64,000 bases of DNA from Ramlibacter sp. (GCA_019635435.1 JAHBZM010000001.1:2128587-2192586); one strand, 5' to 3'; numbered from the stretch's first letter, positions 1 to 10,477 are shown. The notes: generated by a model from the letters alone, not told the origin. Program-made: numbers and translations.

Positions 1-1
1 G

Positions 2-1195
2 CTGGTCAACGCGACCAAGCCGGCCGACGTGATCACGGTCTACGAGCAGCTGCAAAGCCTGGGCAAGGCCGAGGAAATTGGCGGCCTGGCCTACCTCAAC
101 TCGCTGGCGCAGTACGTGCCCAGCGCGAGCAACATCCGCCGCTATGCCGAGATCGTGCGCGAGCGCTCGATCCTGCGCAAGCTGGTGAGCGCCAGTGACG
201 AGATTGCCACCGCGGCCTTCAACACCCAGGGCAAGCCGGTCGACAAGATCCTGGACGAGGCCGAGCAGAAGATCTTCAACATCGGCGAGGAAGGCTCGCG
301 CATGAAGCAGGGCTTCCAGGGCATGGACTCCCTGGTGGTCGAGCTGCTGGACCGCGTGCAGGAGATGGCCGACAACCCGAACGACATCACGGGCGTGCCC
401 ACCGGCTTCTACGACCTGGACCGCATGACCTCGGGCTTTCAGGCCGGCGACATGATCGTGCTGGCGGCGCGGCCGTCCATGGGCAAGACCGCGCTGGCGA
501 TCAACATCGCCGAACACGTGGCGCTCAACGAAGGCCTGCCGGTGGCGGTGTTCTCGATGGAAATGGGGGCCTCGCAACTGGCCGTGCGTATCGTCGGCTC
601 CATCGGGCGCATCGACCAGAGCCACCTGCGCACCGGCAAGCTCACCGACGACGAGTGGCCGCGCCTGACCGAGGCCATCGAGAAGCTGCGCAATGTGTCG
701 CTGCACATCGACGAGACGCCGGGCCTGACCACCAGCGAGCTGCGCGCCAATGCGCGGCGGCTGGCGCGCCAGTGCGGCAAGCTGGGCCTGATCGTGGTCG
801 ACTACCTGCAGCTCATGAGCGTGTCCAGCAGCATGAACGACGAGAACCGCGCCACCGCCGTGGGCGAAATCTCGCGCGGCCTCAAGATGCTGGCCAAGGA
901 ACTGCAGTGCCCGGTGATTGCGCTGTCGCAGCTCAGCCGCGGCGTGGAGTCACGCACCGACAAGCGCCCCATGATGAGCGACCTGCGCGAGTCCGGCGCC
1001 ATCGAGCAGGACGCCGACGTGATCATGTTCATCTACCGCGACGACTACTACAACAAGGACTCGAAAGAGCCCGGCGTGGCGGAGATCATCATCAGCAAGC
1101 AGCGCAATGGCCCCACGGGCACCTGCAAGCTGGCCTTCCTCAAGCCGCTGACCAAGTTTGAAAGCCTGGCCAGTGGCATGAGCGACGACTTTTAA
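2..1195 (+). CDS. dnaB: replicative DNA helicase DnaB (5'-partial; N-terminus lies outside the window)
   Basis: The frame is open from position 2. The DnaB N-terminal-domain-like sequence and the Walker A motif (PSMGKT), RecA-like core and C-terminal region of DnaB-family helicases are recognised. Confidence 0.9.
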   Translation: MVNATKPADVITVYEQLQSLGKAEEIGGLAYLNSLAQYVPSASNIRRYAEIVRERSILRKLVSASDEIATAAFNTQGKPVDKILDEAEQKIFNIGEEGSRMKQGFQGMDSLVVELLDRVQEMADNPNDITGVPTGFYDLDRMTSGFQAGDMIVLAARPSMGKTALAINIAEHVALNEGLPVAVFSMEMGASQLAVRIVGSIGRIDQSHLRTGKLTDDEWPRLTEAIEKLRNVSLHIDETPGLTTSELRANARRLARQCGKLGLIVVDYLQLMSVSSSMNDENRATAVGEISRGLKMLAKELQCPVIALSQLSRGVESRTDKRPMMSDLRESGAIEQDADVIMFIYRDDYYNKDSKEPGVAEIIISKQRNGPTGTCKLAFLKPLTKFESLASGMSDDF

Positions 1196-1196
1196 G

Positions 1197-1230
1197 CCAA
1201 ACAGGGCTGGAGTCCAGGCCAGCCGGCCAC
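1197..1230. repeat. interspersed ~34-bp repeat, copy a (CAAACAGGGCTGGAGTCCAGGCCAGCCGGCCAC)
   Basis: Shares a CTGGAGTCCAG palindromic core and flanks with copies at 8276, 19197, 39356, 49449 and 61563. It is intergenic, after dnaB. Confidence 0.6.
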
Positions 1231-1267
1231 TTCGTGCTATCAAAAACCGAGCAGCTTTGAGCCTGAC

Positions 1268-2776
1268 TCAAAGCACCTCGGAGGCAAAATCGGCCAGCCG
1301 CGAGCGCTCGCCGCGGGCCAGCGTGATGTGGCCGCTGTGCGGCCAGCCCTTGAACTTGTCCACCGCAAAGGTCAGGCCTGATGAACCCTCGGTGAGGTAG
1401 GGCGTGTCGATCTGCGCGAGGTTGCCCATGCAGATGATCTTGGTGCCCGGGCCGGCGCGGGTGATCAGCGTCTTCATCTGCTTGGGCGTGAGGTTCTGCG
1501 CCTCGTCGATGATGACGTACTTGTTCAGGAAGGTGCGCCCGCGCATGAAGTTCATGCTCTTGATCTTGATGCGGCTGCGGATCAGCTCGTTGGTGGCCGC
1601 GCGGCCCCATTCGCCGGCGCTGGTCTCGGTCTTGGCCAGCACCTCGAGGTTGTCGTCCAGCGCGCCCATCCAGGGACCCATCTTCTCCTCTTCCGTGCCG
1701 GGCAGGAAGCCGATGTCCTCGCCCACGCTCACGGTGGCGCGGGTCATGATGATCTCGGTGTAACGGCGGTCGTCCAGCACCTGGGTCAGGCCCGAGGCCA
1801 GCGCCATCAGCGTCTTGCCGGTGCCCGCGGTGCCGGTGAGGGTGACGAAGTCCACCTCGGGGTCCATCAGCAGGTTCATCGCGAAGTTCTGCTCGCGGTT
1901 GCGCGTGGTCACGCCCCAGACCGAGTTCTTGAGGTGGCCGTAGTCCTTGAGGGTCTTGAGCACGGCGGTCTTGGCGCGCACCTCGGTCACGCGCGCGTAC
2001 AGGCTGGGCTCGCCCGGGGACTCGAAGTACACGAACTGGTTGATCAGCAGGCTGGGCACGATCGGGCCGGTCACGCGGTAGAAGGTGTGCAGGCCGCTTT
2101 GCCAGCTTTCCACGGTCTTGCCGTGCTTGGCCCAGAAGTCCGGCGGCAGGGCCAGCGCGCCGGCGTAGAGCAGGTCGCCGTCTTCCAGCGTCTTGTCGTT
2201 CTGGTAGTCGTCGGTGGCCAGGCCCAGCGCCCGGGCCTTGACCCGCATGTTGATGTCCTTGGACACCAGCACCACGTCGCGGGCCGGCACATTGGCTGCC
2301 TTGGCCTTGGCCACGTGCAGGTCGCGCAGGGCCTGCACCACGCCCAGGATCTGGTTGTCGGCCTTGCCCTGGGGCAGGCTGGTGGGCAGCTTGGCGTCCA
2401 ACGGCTCGGTCTGGAAGAACAGGCTGCCGCCAGCCTCGCGGTGGCCCGTGGTGTTGAGCTTGAGCCCGGCCGCGATGTCGGCGCCCTGGGCGCCGGCCAG
2501 CGCGTCCAGCGTGCGGCTGGTCTGGCGGCCGTTGCGGGCCACCTCGGTCATGCCCTTCTTGTGGCCGTCCAGCTCTTCCAGCACGATCATCGGCAGGAAG
2601 ATGTCATGCTCCTCGAAGCGGAACAGGCACATCGGGTCGTGCAGCAGCACGTTGGTGTCCAGCACAAACAGCTTGGCCGGCCCGCTGGGGCGGGGCCGCT
2701 TGCTGCGCGTGGGGGTGGCGGGGGCGGCGGTCGTGACGGCGGGGCTTGGGCGCTTGCGTGTTTCGACCTGGATCAT
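1268..2776 (-). CDS. PhoH-family ATPase with N-terminal PIN domain (YlaK-like)
   Basis: PIN motif FVLDTNVLLHDP and PhoH P-loop GTAGTGKT are present. The track ORF runs to 3007, but the extra N-terminus is Pro/Ala-rich low complexity and would overlap the bcp terminator, so the start is placed at the internal Met (MIQVET, codon at 2776). Starts at 3007 or 2851 remain possible. Confidence 0.7.
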   Translation of the reverse strand: MIQVETRKRPSPAVTTAAPATPTRSKRPRPSGPAKLFVLDTNVLLHDPMCLFRFEEHDIFLPMIVLEELDGHKKGMTEVARNGRQTSRTLDALAGAQGADIAAGLKLNTTGHREAGGSLFFQTEPLDAKLPTSLPQGKADNQILGVVQALRDLHVAKAKAANVPARDVVLVSKDINMRVKARALGLATDDYQNDKTLEDGDLLYAGALALPPDFWAKHGKTVESWQSGLHTFYRVTGPIVPSLLINQFVYFESPGEPSLYARVTEVRAKTAVLKTLKDYGHLKNSVWGVTTRNREQNFAMNLLMDPEVDFVTLTGTAGTGKTLMALASGLTQVLDDRRYTEIIMTRATVSVGEDIGFLPGTEEEKMGPWMGALDDNLEVLAKTETSAGEWGRAATNELIRSRIKIKSMNFMRGRTFLNKYVIIDEAQNLTPKQMKTLITRAGPGTKIICMGNLAQIDTPYLTEGSSGLTFAVDKFKGWPHSGHITLARGERSRLADFASEVL

Positions 2777-3032
2777 GGCCTGCACGGCCGGCTCGGCGCT
2801 GAACGCCGCGGGGTGCAGCGCGCCGCCACCGCTGCGCGGGTCGAAGTCCATGGCCTGGGGCTTGTCAGCCAGCGGGCTGTCCGTGAAGTGCGCCTCCGAT
2901 TTTCGCGATGCCTTGTGCGTGGACCGGGCCGGGGCGTCGTAGGCCTCGGGGGACAGCAGGGCGGCGCGCTTGGTAGGGGCGGGTGGCAATGGCATGGGTG
3001 GGGGCACTCACAAGGTAGGGGATCAAAAAGCG

Positions 3033-3065
3033 AAAAAGCCGCCAGGCGAGCCGGGCGGCTTTTTC
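3033..3065 (-). terminator. hairpin GCCGCC-N10-GGCGGC flanked by an A-run and a T-run; intrinsic terminator for bcp (bidirectional in form)
   Basis: On the minus strand the hairpin is followed by TTTTT, about 110 nt downstream of the bcp stop. Confidence 0.5.
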
Positions 3066-3170
3066 GGGTTTGGCGGTGATGACGCGGTGCGTCGGGATCA
3101 ACGGCATGAGTTCATTATGCACAAGTCCGATGACGCTTCAACCGCACGCCGCGGCTGTTGCTGCAAAACG

Positions 3171-3647
3171 TCAGGCGGCCTTCTTGAGGGCCTTGACGGC
3201 CTTGAGCACGTCGTCCACATGGCCCGGCACCTTGAGGCCGCGCCATTCGTTCTTGAGCAGGCCGTCGGCGCCGATCAGGAAGGTGCTGCGCTCGATGCCC
3301 TTGACCTTCTTGCCGTACATGATCTTGTTCTTGACCACGCCGAACATGTGGCACATTTTTTCTTCGGTGTCGGCGATCAGCTCGAACGGCAGCTCAAGCT
3401 TGGCCTTGAAGTCGTCGTGGGACTTCATGTTGTCGCGCGACACACCGAACACGGTGGCGCCGGCCTTCACGAAGTCCTTGTACTTGTCGCGGAACTGCAT
3501 GGCCTCGGTCGTGCAGCCGGGGGTGTTGTCCTTGGGGTAGAAGTACAGCACCACGACGTGGCCCAGATGGGAGGTGTTGGAAACTTTGATGCCGCCCGTG
3601 GCGTTCGCTTCAAATTCGGGGATGGGTTTGTTGACAACGATCGCCAT
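3171..3647 (-). CDS. bcp: thiol peroxidase / peroxiredoxin Bcp (PrxQ, AhpC/TSA family)
   Basis: 158 aa. The peroxidatic Cys lies in the motif YFYPKDNTPGCTTEA. Confidence 0.85.
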   Translation of the reverse strand: MAIVVNKPIPEFEANATGGIKVSNTSHLGHVVVLYFYPKDNTPGCTTEAMQFRDKYKDFVKAGATVFGVSRDNMKSHDDFKAKLELPFELIADTEEKMCHMFGVVKNKIMYGKKVKGIERSTFLIGADGLLKNEWRGLKVPGHVDDVLKAVKALKKAA

Positions 3648-3752
3648 GAATTGATATCTCGTGTGACAGGGGTTGCTCGTTGCGACTCGGGGACTGGGCT
3701 TCCCCTTTGCAACCCGAGATTTTACCCCGAAACGCTGCGCAACTCCCGCGCC

Positions 3753-4130
3753 TCACTCCAGAGGCTCCTGCAGCACCGCCACCACCACGTCACGGCCCTC
3801 GCCCGCGAGGATGTTGTAGGTGCGGCAGGCGGCGGCCGTGTCCATGGTCTCCAGGCCGATGCGCCGCTCGATCAGCGGCCGCAGCCAGGCGGCCTGCGGG
3901 AAGCGCAGGCGCGCGCCGGAACCGAAGATCACCAGCTCGGTCTGCAGCGCCGCGAGTTGCTCGAAGTGGCTGGCGTCCAGCTCTTCAAAGCGGCTGCAGG
4001 GCCAGGCCATGCGCTGGCCGCGCGAGCCGATGATGACGCTGCCGGTGATCTTTTCGCCCTGCACGCCGACCCAGCCGGGGCCATAGCCACTGATGGTCTG
4101 GACGTCGGATTTGTCAGGCTGCAGCTTCAT
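3753..4130 (-). CDS. Mth938-like (DUF498) domain protein
   Basis: 125-aa ORF. Its size and sequence pattern are consistent with the Mth938/Xcc1710-like fold family. Assignment is from memory. Confidence 0.5.
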   Translation of the reverse strand: MKLQPDKSDVQTISGYGPGWVGVQGEKITGSVIIGSRGQRMAWPCSRFEELDASHFEQLAALQTELVIFGSGARLRFPQAAWLRPLIERRIGLETMDTAAACRTYNILAGEGRDVVVAVLQEPLE

Positions 4131-4229
4131 GGTGCATGGGGGGAGGTTGAATGTTGCGCTGCACTAAAAGAATGCAGAACTGTGGTCAAATTATAGGTTT
4201 CACCCCGTAAAAACGCCCCCGGAGGGACT

Positions 4230-5453
4230 TTGAAGACCGTCCAGAAATCTGCCAAGTTGGCCAACGTCTGCTATGACATCCGCGGTCCCATCATGGATGC
4301 GGCCCGGCAGATGGAGGAAGACGGCCACAAGATCATCAAGCTCAACATCGGCAACATGGCGCCGTTCGGCTTTGATGCGCCCGAGGAAATCCAGCAGGAC
4401 ATGATCCGCAACCTGCCCACCTCGGCCGGCTATTCGGACAGCAAGGGCATCTTTGCGGCGCGCAAGGCCGTGATGCACTACACCCAGCAGCAGGGCATCA
4501 AGGGCGTGGTGCTGGAAGACATCTACCTGGGCAACGGCGCCAGCGAGCTGATCGTCATGGCCACCAACGCATTGTGCGACGACGGCGACGAACTGCTGAT
4601 GCCGTCGCCCGACTACCCGCTGTGGACCGCCGCGGTCAGCCTGTCGGGCGGCACGCCGGTGCACTACCTGTGCGACGAGGCCAACGGCTGGATGCCCGAC
4701 CTGGACGACCTGCGCCGCAAGATCACGCCGCGCACCAAGGGCATCGTCGTCATCAACCCCAACAACCCCACGGGCGCGCTGTACTCAGACGAACTGCTCA
4801 AGGCCATCGTCGCGATCGCGCGCGAGCATGGCCTGGTGATCCTGGCCGACGAGGTCTACGACAAGGTGCTGTACGAGGATGCGAAGCACACGGCCATCGC
4901 CAGCCTCAGCGAAGACGTGCTCACGCTGACCTTCAACTCCCTGAGCAAGAGCTACCGTTCCTGCGGCTACCGGGCCGGCTGGATGGTGGTGTCGGGCGAC
5001 AAGAAGCCCGCGGCCGACTACATCGAAGGCCTGAACATGCTCACCAACATGCGGTTGTGCGCCAATGTGCCGGGTCAGTGGGCGATCCAGACCGCGCTGG
5101 GCGGCTACCAGAGCATCAACGAGCTGATCGCCCCGGGCGGGCGCCTGCGCCGCCAGCGCGACCTGGCCTACGAGCTGATCACGGCCATTCCGGGCGTGAG
5201 CTGCGTCAAGCCGTCGGCCGCGCTGTACATGTTCCCCCGGCTGGACCCCAAGGTCTACCCGATCACCGACGACCGCCAGTTCTTCCTGGAGCTGCTGCAG
5301 GAAACACGCGTGATGCTGGTGCAGGGCACGGGCTTCAACTGGGCCACGCCGGACCATTTCCGCATCGTGTTCCTGCCGCACGAGGACGACCTGCGCGAAG
5401 CCATCGGCCGCATTGCGCGGTTCCTCGAAAGCTATCGAAAACGTAGCGCCTGA
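4230..5453 (+). CDS. alaA: glutamate-pyruvate aminotransferase AlaA (class I/II aminotransferase)
   Basis: TTG start with a GGAGGG RBS 4 nt upstream. Near full-length collinear similarity to E. coli AlaA (KLxNVCYDIRGP ... NPNNPTGA ... SLSK PLP-lysine region). Confidence 0.85.
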   Translation: MKTVQKSAKLANVCYDIRGPIMDAARQMEEDGHKIIKLNIGNMAPFGFDAPEEIQQDMIRNLPTSAGYSDSKGIFAARKAVMHYTQQQGIKGVVLEDIYLGNGASELIVMATNALCDDGDELLMPSPDYPLWTAAVSLSGGTPVHYLCDEANGWMPDLDDLRRKITPRTKGIVVINPNNPTGALYSDELLKAIVAIAREHGLVILADEVYDKVLYEDAKHTAIASLSEDVLTLTFNSLSKSYRSCGYRAGWMVVSGDKKPAADYIEGLNMLTNMRLCANVPGQWAIQTALGGYQSINELIAPGGRLRRQRDLAYELITAIPGVSCVKPSAALYMFPRLDPKVYPITDDRQFFLELLQETRVMLVQGTGFNWATPDHFRIVFLPHEDDLREAIGRIARFLESYRKRSA

Positions 5454-5500
5454 GCGCCGGCTGGCGTGGACTACAGCCACTTTTATTCAGAAAAAGCAAG

Positions 5501-6823
5501 ATGAAACCGATCCAAGTAGGCCTGTTGGGCATTGGCACCGTGGGCAGTGGCACCTTCAATGTGCTCAAGCGCAACCAGGAAGAAATCCGCCGCCGCGCCG
5601 GCCGCGGCATCGAGATCACCATGGTGGCCGACCTGGACACCGCGCGCGCCCAGGCCGTGGTGGGCGACCAGGCCCGGGTGGTCAACGACGCGCGCGCCGT
5701 CATTGCCAACCCTGACATCGACATCGTCATCGAGCTGATCGGCGGCTACGGCATTGCGCGGGCCCTGGTCATGGAGGCCATCGAGGCCGGCAAGCATGTG
5801 GTCACCGCCAACAAGGCGCTGCTGGCCGTGCATGGCACCGAGATTTTTGCCGCCGCGCACCGCAAGGGCGTGATGGTGGCGTTCGAGGCCGCGGTGGCCG
5901 GCGGCATTCCCATCATCAAGGCGCTGCGCGAGGGTCTCACGGCCAACAGCATCGAGTGGATCGCCGGCATCATCAACGGCACCACCAACTTCATCCTGTC
6001 CGAGATGCGCGACAAGGGGCTGGACTTTGGCGTGGTGCTCAAGGAAGCGCAGCGCCTGGGCTATGCCGAGGCCGACCCCACCTTCGACATCGAAGGCGTC
6101 GATGCCGCGCACAAGGTCACGCTCATGAGCGCCATTGCCTTCGGCATCCCGGTGCAGTTTGACAAGGCTTACGTCGAGGGCATCACCCAGCTTGGCGCCG
6201 CCGACATCAAGTACGCCGAGCAGCTGGGTTACCGCATCAAGCTGCTGGGCATCACCAAGCGCGTGGCCACGGGCATTGAACTGCGCGTGCACCCCAGCCT
6301 GGTGCCCACCAAGCGGCTGATCGCCAATGTGGAAGGGGCCATGAACGCCGTGGTGGTGCAGGGCGATGCCGTGGGCACCACGCTGTACTACGGCAAGGGC
6401 GCGGGCTCCGAGCCCACGGCCAGCGCCGTGATTGCCGACCTGGTGGACATCACCCGCCTGCACACGGCCGACGCCGCGCAGCGCGTGCCGCACCTGGCCT
6501 TCCAGCCCGATGCCATGAGCGACGCGCCTGTGCTGCCCATGAGCGAGGTGGTGACCAGCTACTATCTGCGCCTGCGCGTGGCCGACGAGGCCGGCGTGCT
6601 GGCCAAGGTCACGGGCATCCTGGCCGGCGCGGGCATCAGCATCGACGCCGTGCTGCAGCGCGAGGCCGACGAGGTGAGCCAGGCCGGCGAGAACCAGACC
6701 GACCTGATCATCCTCACGCACGACACGCGCGAGGGCACCATGAACGAGGCGCTCGCGCAGATGCAGGCCCTGCCCACCGTGGTGGCGCCGATCACGCGCA
6801 TCCGCAAGGAAGAGCTGGCGTAA
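5501..6823 (+). CDS. hom: homoserine dehydrogenase
   Basis: N-terminal Rossmann motif GxGxVG and a C-terminal ACT domain. Sits in the conserved alaA-hom-thrC arrangement. Confidence 0.9.
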   Translation: MKPIQVGLLGIGTVGSGTFNVLKRNQEEIRRRAGRGIEITMVADLDTARAQAVVGDQARVVNDARAVIANPDIDIVIELIGGYGIARALVMEAIEAGKHVVTANKALLAVHGTEIFAAAHRKGVMVAFEAAVAGGIPIIKALREGLTANSIEWIAGIINGTTNFILSEMRDKGLDFGVVLKEAQRLGYAEADPTFDIEGVDAAHKVTLMSAIAFGIPVQFDKAYVEGITQLGAADIKYAEQLGYRIKLLGITKRVATGIELRVHPSLVPTKRLIANVEGAMNAVVVQGDAVGTTLYYGKGAGSEPTASAVIADLVDITRLHTADAAQRVPHLAFQPDAMSDAPVLPMSEVVTSYYLRLRVADEAGVLAKVTGILAGAGISIDAVLQREADEVSQAGENQTDLIILTHDTREGTMNEALAQMQALPTVVAPITRIRKEELA

Positions 6824-6833
6824 GGACCAAGGC

Positions 6834-8249
6834 ATGCACTACCTGAGCACCCGCGGCCACCCCGACCGCAAACGCTTCTGCGAAATCCTGCTGGAGGGCC
6901 TGGCGCCCGATGGCGGCCTGTACCTGCCCGAGCGCTACCCGCAGGTGGACGATGCCACGCTCACGCGCTGGCGCGGCCTGGCGTATGCCGACCTTGCGTT
7001 TGAAATCCTCTCGCTGTACATCGACGACATCCCGCCCGCTGACCTGCGCGCGCTGTGCCACAAGACCTACACCGAGGCCGTCTTTGGCACGCCGCAGATC
7101 GTGCCGCTCAAGCCGCTGGAGCCGGGCCTGAGCCTGCAGGCCCTGTCCAACGGCCCGACGCTGGCCTTCAAGGACATGGCCATGCAGCTGCTGGGCAACC
7201 TGTTCGAGTACGAACTGGCGCGCCGCGGCGAGCAGCTCAACATCCTGGGCGCCACCAGCGGCGACACCGGCAGCGCGGCCGAGTACGCCATGCGCGGCAA
7301 GCAGGGCGTGCGCGTGTTCATGACCAGCCCGCATGGCCGCATGAGCCCGTTTCAGCAGGCGCAGATGTTCAGCCTGCAGGACGCCAACATCCACAACCTC
7401 GCGGTGCAAGGCGTGTTTGACGACTGCCAGGACATCGTCAAGGCCGTGAGCAACGACCTGGCCTTCAAGCGCAAGTACCGCATCGGCACCGTCAACTCCA
7501 TCAACTGGGCCCGGCTGGTGGCGCAGGTGGTGTATTACTTTGCCGGCTACCTGCAGGCCACCACGGCCAACACGCAGAAAGTCAGCTTCACCGTGCCCAG
7601 CGGCAACTTCGGCAACATCTGCGCCGGCCATGTGGCGCGCAGCATGGGCTTGCCGATCGACCAGCTGGTGCTGGCCACCAATGAAAACGACGTGCTCGAC
7701 GAGTTCTTCCGCACTGGCGTCTACCGGGTGCGCGGCAGCGCCGACACGCACGAGACCTCCAGCCCGTCGATGGACATTTCCAAGGCCAGCAACTTCGAGC
7801 GCTTTGTGTTCGACCTGCTGGGCCGCGATGGCGCGCGGGTCAAGGACCTGTTTGGCGCGCAGCTGTCGGCCACGGGCCGCTTCGACCTGTCGGGCGACCC
7901 GGCATTTGCCAGGGCTGCGTCAACCTTTGGCTTTGTCAGCGGCAAGAGCACTCACGCCGACCGCCTGGCCACCATCCGCGACACGCACCAGCGGTTTGGC
8001 GTGACCATCGACACCCACACCGCCGACGGCCTGAAGGTGGCGCGCGAGCACCTGACGCCCGGCGTGCCCATGCTGGTGCTGGAGACCGCGCTGCCCATCA
8101 AGTTCGCCGCCACCATCGTCGAGGCGCTGGGCCATGAGCCCGAGCGCCCGCCGCAGTTCGAGGGCATTGAAGACCTGCCCAAGCGCGTGCAGGTGGTGCC
8201 GGCCGACACCGCGGCCGTGCAGGCCTACATTGCGGCACATTGCGCCTGA
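6834..8249 (+). CDS. thrC: threonine synthase
   Basis: 471 aa. N-terminal MHYLSTRG motif and a PLP-dependent fold. Lies directly downstream of hom. Confidence 0.9.
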   Translation: MHYLSTRGHPDRKRFCEILLEGLAPDGGLYLPERYPQVDDATLTRWRGLAYADLAFEILSLYIDDIPPADLRALCHKTYTEAVFGTPQIVPLKPLEPGLSLQALSNGPTLAFKDMAMQLLGNLFEYELARRGEQLNILGATSGDTGSAAEYAMRGKQGVRVFMTSPHGRMSPFQQAQMFSLQDANIHNLAVQGVFDDCQDIVKAVSNDLAFKRKYRIGTVNSINWARLVAQVVYYFAGYLQATTANTQKVSFTVPSGNFGNICAGHVARSMGLPIDQLVLATNENDVLDEFFRTGVYRVRGSADTHETSSPSMDISKASNFERFVFDLLGRDGARVKDLFGAQLSATGRFDLSGDPAFARAASTFGFVSGKSTHADRLATIRDTHQRFGVTIDTHTADGLKVAREHLTPGVPMLVLETALPIKFAATIVEALGHEPERPPQFEGIEDLPKRVQVVPADTAAVQAYIAAHCA

Positions 8250-8275
8250 GGCACCTGTGGCGCCCGAGTTTGGAG

Positions 8276-8309
8276 TCAAACAGGCCTGGAGTCCAGACGG
8301 GGCGGCCAT
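8276..8309. repeat. interspersed ~34-bp repeat, copy b
   Basis: TCAAACAGGCCTGGAGTCCAGACGGGGCGGCCAT, intergenic between thrC and mobB. Confidence 0.6.
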
Positions 8310-8346
8310 TGTGTGCACCTGAAACCATAGCAAACCGGAAGTTCAC

Positions 8347-8880
8347 ATGAAGGTCGCAGGCTTTGCAGGGTTCTCGGGCGCGGGCAAGACCACGCTGATC
8401 GAGCAGCTCATTCCCGCGCTCAGGACGCTGGGCCAGCGCGTGTCGGTGGTCAAGCACGCGCACCACAGGTTCGACATCGACCACCCGGGCAAGGACACCT
8501 TCCGCCACCGCGAGGCCGGCGCCTTCGAGGTGGTGGTGGCCTCGGACAAGCGGCTGGCGCTGATGCGCGAGTTCGAGCAGCCCACGCCGCTCACGGTGCA
8601 CCACCTGCTGGCCGAGCTCTACGAGGGCGTGGACTGGGTGCTGGTGGAGGGCTTTCGGGACAGCAACCTCCAGAAGATCGAGGTCTGGCGCGCGGCCGCG
8701 GGCCACCCGGTGCGCTACCCGCACGACGACTTCATTGCCGCCGTGGCCACGTCGCTGCCCGCGCAGCTGCCCGAACCCACCCTGCGCCCGGTGCTGGATC
8801 TGGACGACCCGGCTGCCATCGCGCGCTGGCTGGCCGACAATGGCGAACGCTTCGACTACAACCCGGAACTGTTTGCATGA
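8347..8880 (+). CDS. mobB: molybdopterin-guanine dinucleotide biosynthesis adaptor MobB
   Basis: P-loop GFSGAGKTTL. Overlaps the moeA start. Confidence 0.85.
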   Translation: MKVAGFAGFSGAGKTTLIEQLIPALRTLGQRVSVVKHAHHRFDIDHPGKDTFRHREAGAFEVVVASDKRLALMREFEQPTPLTVHHLLAELYEGVDWVLVEGFRDSNLQKIEVWRAAAGHPVRYPHDDFIAAVATSLPAQLPEPTLRPVLDLDDPAAIARWLADNGERFDYNPELFA

Positions 8881-10142
8881 GCGCTTCCACTCCCCAGGCC
8901 ACCTCGCCAGCCGCCGCCCCGCGCGCGCCGCTGCGCCCGCTCGACGAGGTGCTGGCCGACCTGCTGGGCCACGCCACGCCGCTGGCCGGCACCGACACCG
9001 TCTCCACCTTCGAGGCCGACGGCCGCGTGCTCGCGCAAGACCTGGTCTCGGCCCTGCAGGTGCCGCCGCAGGACAACAGCGCCATGGACGGCTACGCCGT
9101 GCGCGTGGCCGACCTCGCCACCGCCGCCGGCCAGCCCCTGGCCGTGAGCCAGCGCATTCCCGCGGGCAGCACGGGCACGGCCCTGGCCCCGGGCAGCGTG
9201 GCGCGCATCTTCACCGGCGCGCCCGTGCCGCCGGGCGCCGATGCCGTGGTGATGCAGGAAGAGGCCCAGCCCGCGGGCGAAGGCCGCGTGAGCTTCGCCG
9301 CGCCGCCGCCGCTGGGCCAGCACATCCGCCGCGCGGGCGAAGACATCCGTCTGGGCAGCGTGGTGCTGGCGCGGGGCCAGCGGCTGGACGCCGCCTCGCT
9401 GGGCCTGGCGGCCAGCATGGGCCTGGCCGGGCTGCCGGTGGCCCGCCGCCCGCGCGTGGCCCTGTTCTCCACGGGCGACGAACTGGTGCTGCCCGGCGAT
9501 GTGCCGCCCGAGCAGATGAAGCCCGGCGCCATCTACAACGCCAACCGCTTCTTTCTGCGCGCTCTGCTGCGCCGGCTGGGCTGCGAGGTCACCGACCTGG
9601 GCGTGGTGCCCGACCGGCTCGATGCCACCGTGCAGGCGCTGCGCGGCGCGGCGCAGGCCCATGACCTGATCGTGACCAGTGGCGGCGTCTCGGTGGGCGA
9701 GGAAGACCATGTCAAGCCCGCGGTGCAGCAGCTGGGCTCGCTGGACCTCTGGCAGCTCGCCATCAAGCCCGGCAAGCCGTTTGCCTATGGGCGGGTGGGC
9801 GCGGCCCATTTCATCGGCCTGCCGGGCAACCCGGTGTCCAGCTTCGTGACCTATCTGCTGCTGGTGCGGCCCTTCATCCTCAAGCTGCAGGGCGCAACCG
9901 CGCTGTCGGTCCCGGCGGCCGCCGCGCGGGCCGACTTTGCCTGGCCCCGGGCCGACCGGCGCCGCGAGTTCGTGCGCGTGCGGCGCAACGCGGCGGGCGG
10001 CCTGGACCTGTTTGCCAACCAGAGCTCGGGCGTGCTGACCTCCATGGTCTGGGGCGATGGCCTGGTGGACATCGCGCCGGGCCGCACCATCGCGCCCGGC
10101 GACACCGTGCCGTTCATTTCACTCACGGAGCTCATGGCATGA
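8877..10142 (+). CDS. moeA: molybdopterin molybdotransferase MoeA
   Basis: 421-aa MoeA/gephyrin-E fold with the GGVSVG motif. Confidence 0.85.
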   Translation: MSASTPQATSPAAAPRAPLRPLDEVLADLLGHATPLAGTDTVSTFEADGRVLAQDLVSALQVPPQDNSAMDGYAVRVADLATAAGQPLAVSQRIPAGSTGTALAPGSVARIFTGAPVPPGADAVVMQEEAQPAGEGRVSFAAPPPLGQHIRRAGEDIRLGSVVLARGQRLDAASLGLAASMGLAGLPVARRPRVALFSTGDELVLPGDVPPEQMKPGAIYNANRFFLRALLRRLGCEVTDLGVVPDRLDATVQALRGAAQAHDLIVTSGGVSVGEEDHVKPAVQQLGSLDLWQLAIKPGKPFAYGRVGAAHFIGLPGNPVSSFVTYLLLVRPFILKLQGATALSVPAAAARADFAWPRADRRREFVRVRRNAAGGLDLFANQSSGVLTSMVWGDGLVDIAPGRTIAPGDTVPFISLTELMA

Positions 10143-10390
10143 AGGTGGGCATCAAGTACTTTGCCTCGATCCGCGAGGCCCTTGGCCAGGGCAGCGAAAC
10201 CGTGCAGACCCAGGCCACCACCGTGGGCGCGCTGCGCGACGAGCTGATCGCGCGCGGCGGCGCCCATGCCCAGAGCCTGGCGCGCGGGCGGGCCGTGCGC
10301 GCCGCGCTTGACCAGGTCATGGCCGACGAGGCCGCGGTGCTGGCCGAGGGCTGCGAGGTGGCGTTCTTTCCACCGGTGACCGGGGGCTGA
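10139..10390 (+). CDS. moaD: molybdopterin synthase sulfur-carrier subunit MoaD
   Basis: 83 aa ending in Gly-Gly (VTGG). Confidence 0.8.
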   Translation: MKVGIKYFASIREALGQGSETVQTQATTVGALRDELIARGGAHAQSLARGRAVRAALDQVMADEAAVLAEGCEVAFFPPVTGG

Positions 10391-10477
10391 CATGGCCCCC
10401 ACGCTTGCCACTTTGTGTGCTGCGCTGCCCCCCGAGGGGGCTTCAGCCGCCTTGGGGCGGCCCGGCGGGGGCTGAAC

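Noticed and set aside
2970-4196. 408-aa plus-strand ORF covering the bcp and Mth938-like loci
   Set aside because: Antisense to two well-supported minus-strand genes and crossing a terminator; low-complexity translation.
5483-6835. 450-aa ORF antisense to hom
   Set aside because: Same high-GC antisense-frame artefact; low-complexity translation.
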